This document shows, in pieces, positions 62,710 to 64,000 of a DNA stretch of 64,000 bases (position 1 is the first letter of the stretch; each line of letters begins with the position of its first letter). The stretch spans positions 29,574,001 to 29,638,000 of the forward strand of contig NW_027266271.1 in assembly GCF_022045235.1 (NCBI RefSeq), written 5' to 3'. The notes beneath the pieces are model-generated. The model worked only from the letters and a program-made list of their open reading frames with translations. It searched no databases and was not told where the DNA came from. The stretch is from Haliotis cracherodii (taxonomy: Eukaryota). A program made the position numbers and the translations under genes.

Positions 62710-64000
62710 CCTTACTTAGAACAACCCTTCCGCAGCAGCCTCCCCTTACTTAGGACCCTTCCGCTGCAGCCTCCCCTTACTTAGAACAACCCTTCCGCAG
62801 CAGCCTCCCCTTACTTAGAACCCTTCCGCAGCAGCCTCCCCTTACTTAGTACCCTTCCGCAGCAGCCTCCCCTTACTTAGAACAACCCTTCGGCAGCAGC
62901 CTCCCCTTACTTAGAACAACCCTTCCGCAGCAACCTCCCCTTACTTAGTACCCTTCCGCAGCAGCCTCCCCTTACGTAGAACAACCCTTCGACAGCAGCC
63001 TCCCCTTACTTAGTACCCTTCCGCAGCAGCCTCCCCTTACTTAGAACCCTTCCGCAGCAGCCTCCCCTTACTTAGAACCCTTCCGCAGCAGCCTCCCCTT
63101 ACTTAGAACCCTTCCGCAGCAGCCTCCCCTTACTTAGAACCCTTCCGCAGCAGCCTCCCCTTACTTAGAACCCTTCGACAGCAGCCTCCCCTTACTTAGA
63201 ACAACCCTTCCGCAGCAGCCTCCCCTTACTTAGAACCCTTCCGCAGCAGCCTCCCCTTACTTAGTACCCTTCCGCAGCAGCCTCCCCTTACTTAGAACCC
63301 TTCCGCAGCAGCCTCCCCTTACTTAGAACCCTTCCGCAGCAGCCTCCCCTTACTTAGTACCCTTCCGCAGCAGCCTCCCCTTACTTAGAACAACCCTTCC
63401 GCAGCAGCCTCCCCTTACTTAGTACCCTTCCGCAGCAGCCTCCCCTTACGTAGAACAACCCTTCCGCAGCAGCCTCCCCTTACTTAGTACCCTTCCGCAG
63501 CAGCCTCCCCTTACTTAGAACCCTTCCGCAGCAGCCTCCCCTTACGTAGAACAACCCTTCGGCAGCAGCCTCCCCTTACTTAGAACAACCCTTCCGCAGC
63601 AGCCTCCCCTTACTTAGTACCCTTCCGCAGCAGCCTCCCCTTACTTAGTACCCTTCCGCAGCAGCCTCCCCTTACTTAGAACCCTTCCGCAGCAGCCTCC
63701 CCTTACTTAGAACAACCCTTCCGCAGCAGCCTCCCCTTACTTAGAACCCTTCGACAGCAGCCTCCCCTTACTTAGAACAACCCTTCCGCAGCAGCCTCCC
63801 CTTACTTAGTACCCTTCCGCAGCAGCCTCCCCTTACTTAGAACAACCCTTCCGCAGCAGCCTCCCCTTACGTAGAACAACCCTTCCGCAGCAGCCTCCCC
63901 TTACTTAGTACCCTTCCGCAGCAGCCTCCCCTTACTTAGTACCCTTCTGCAGCAGCCTCCCCTTACTTAGAACAACCCTTCCGCAGCAGCCTCCCCTTAC
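62710..64000. repeat. 31/34-bp tandem array, runs off the window end
   Basis: CCCTTCCGCAGCAGCCTCCCCTTACTTAG(T/A)A with or without an extra 3 bp (AAC); highly homogeneous. Confidence 0.97.

Overview
Eukaryotic (animal) genomic DNA, most likely a mollusc or other lophotrochozoan; this is inferred from the gene content (C1q-domain genes, single-exon TLR) and the SINE landscape. I can support five protein-coding loci. (1) The terminal exon of a C1q-domain gene (+, ~2832-3271). (2) An intronless Toll-like receptor (-, 10289-12337). (3) A complete 3-exon secreted C1q-domain gene (-, 17304-19121). (4) A complete 8-exon PLP/Zn-dependent D-serine dehydratase-like gene (+, 29362-42295, 375 aa), assembled by hand from GT-AG sites with consistent phases. 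(5) A long TatD-fold ORF with substituted metal ligands (-, 60678-62693), next to a 31/34-bp tandem array. The rest is tandem arrays (7, 19, 21, 31, 35, 38, 66, 75 bp units), a defective Tc1 element, LINE/Gypsy/R4-Dong remnants, MITEs and at least four short retroposon families. The most unusual observations are: an abundant short retroposon with no tRNA head, a fixed 5' end and a covarying pseudoknot (candidate self-processing RNA); a minisatellite that appears to derive from the TLR stop-codon region; the altered TatD unit; and Penelope-type hammerhead-like cores. Most ORFs in the supplied track are artefacts of repeats.
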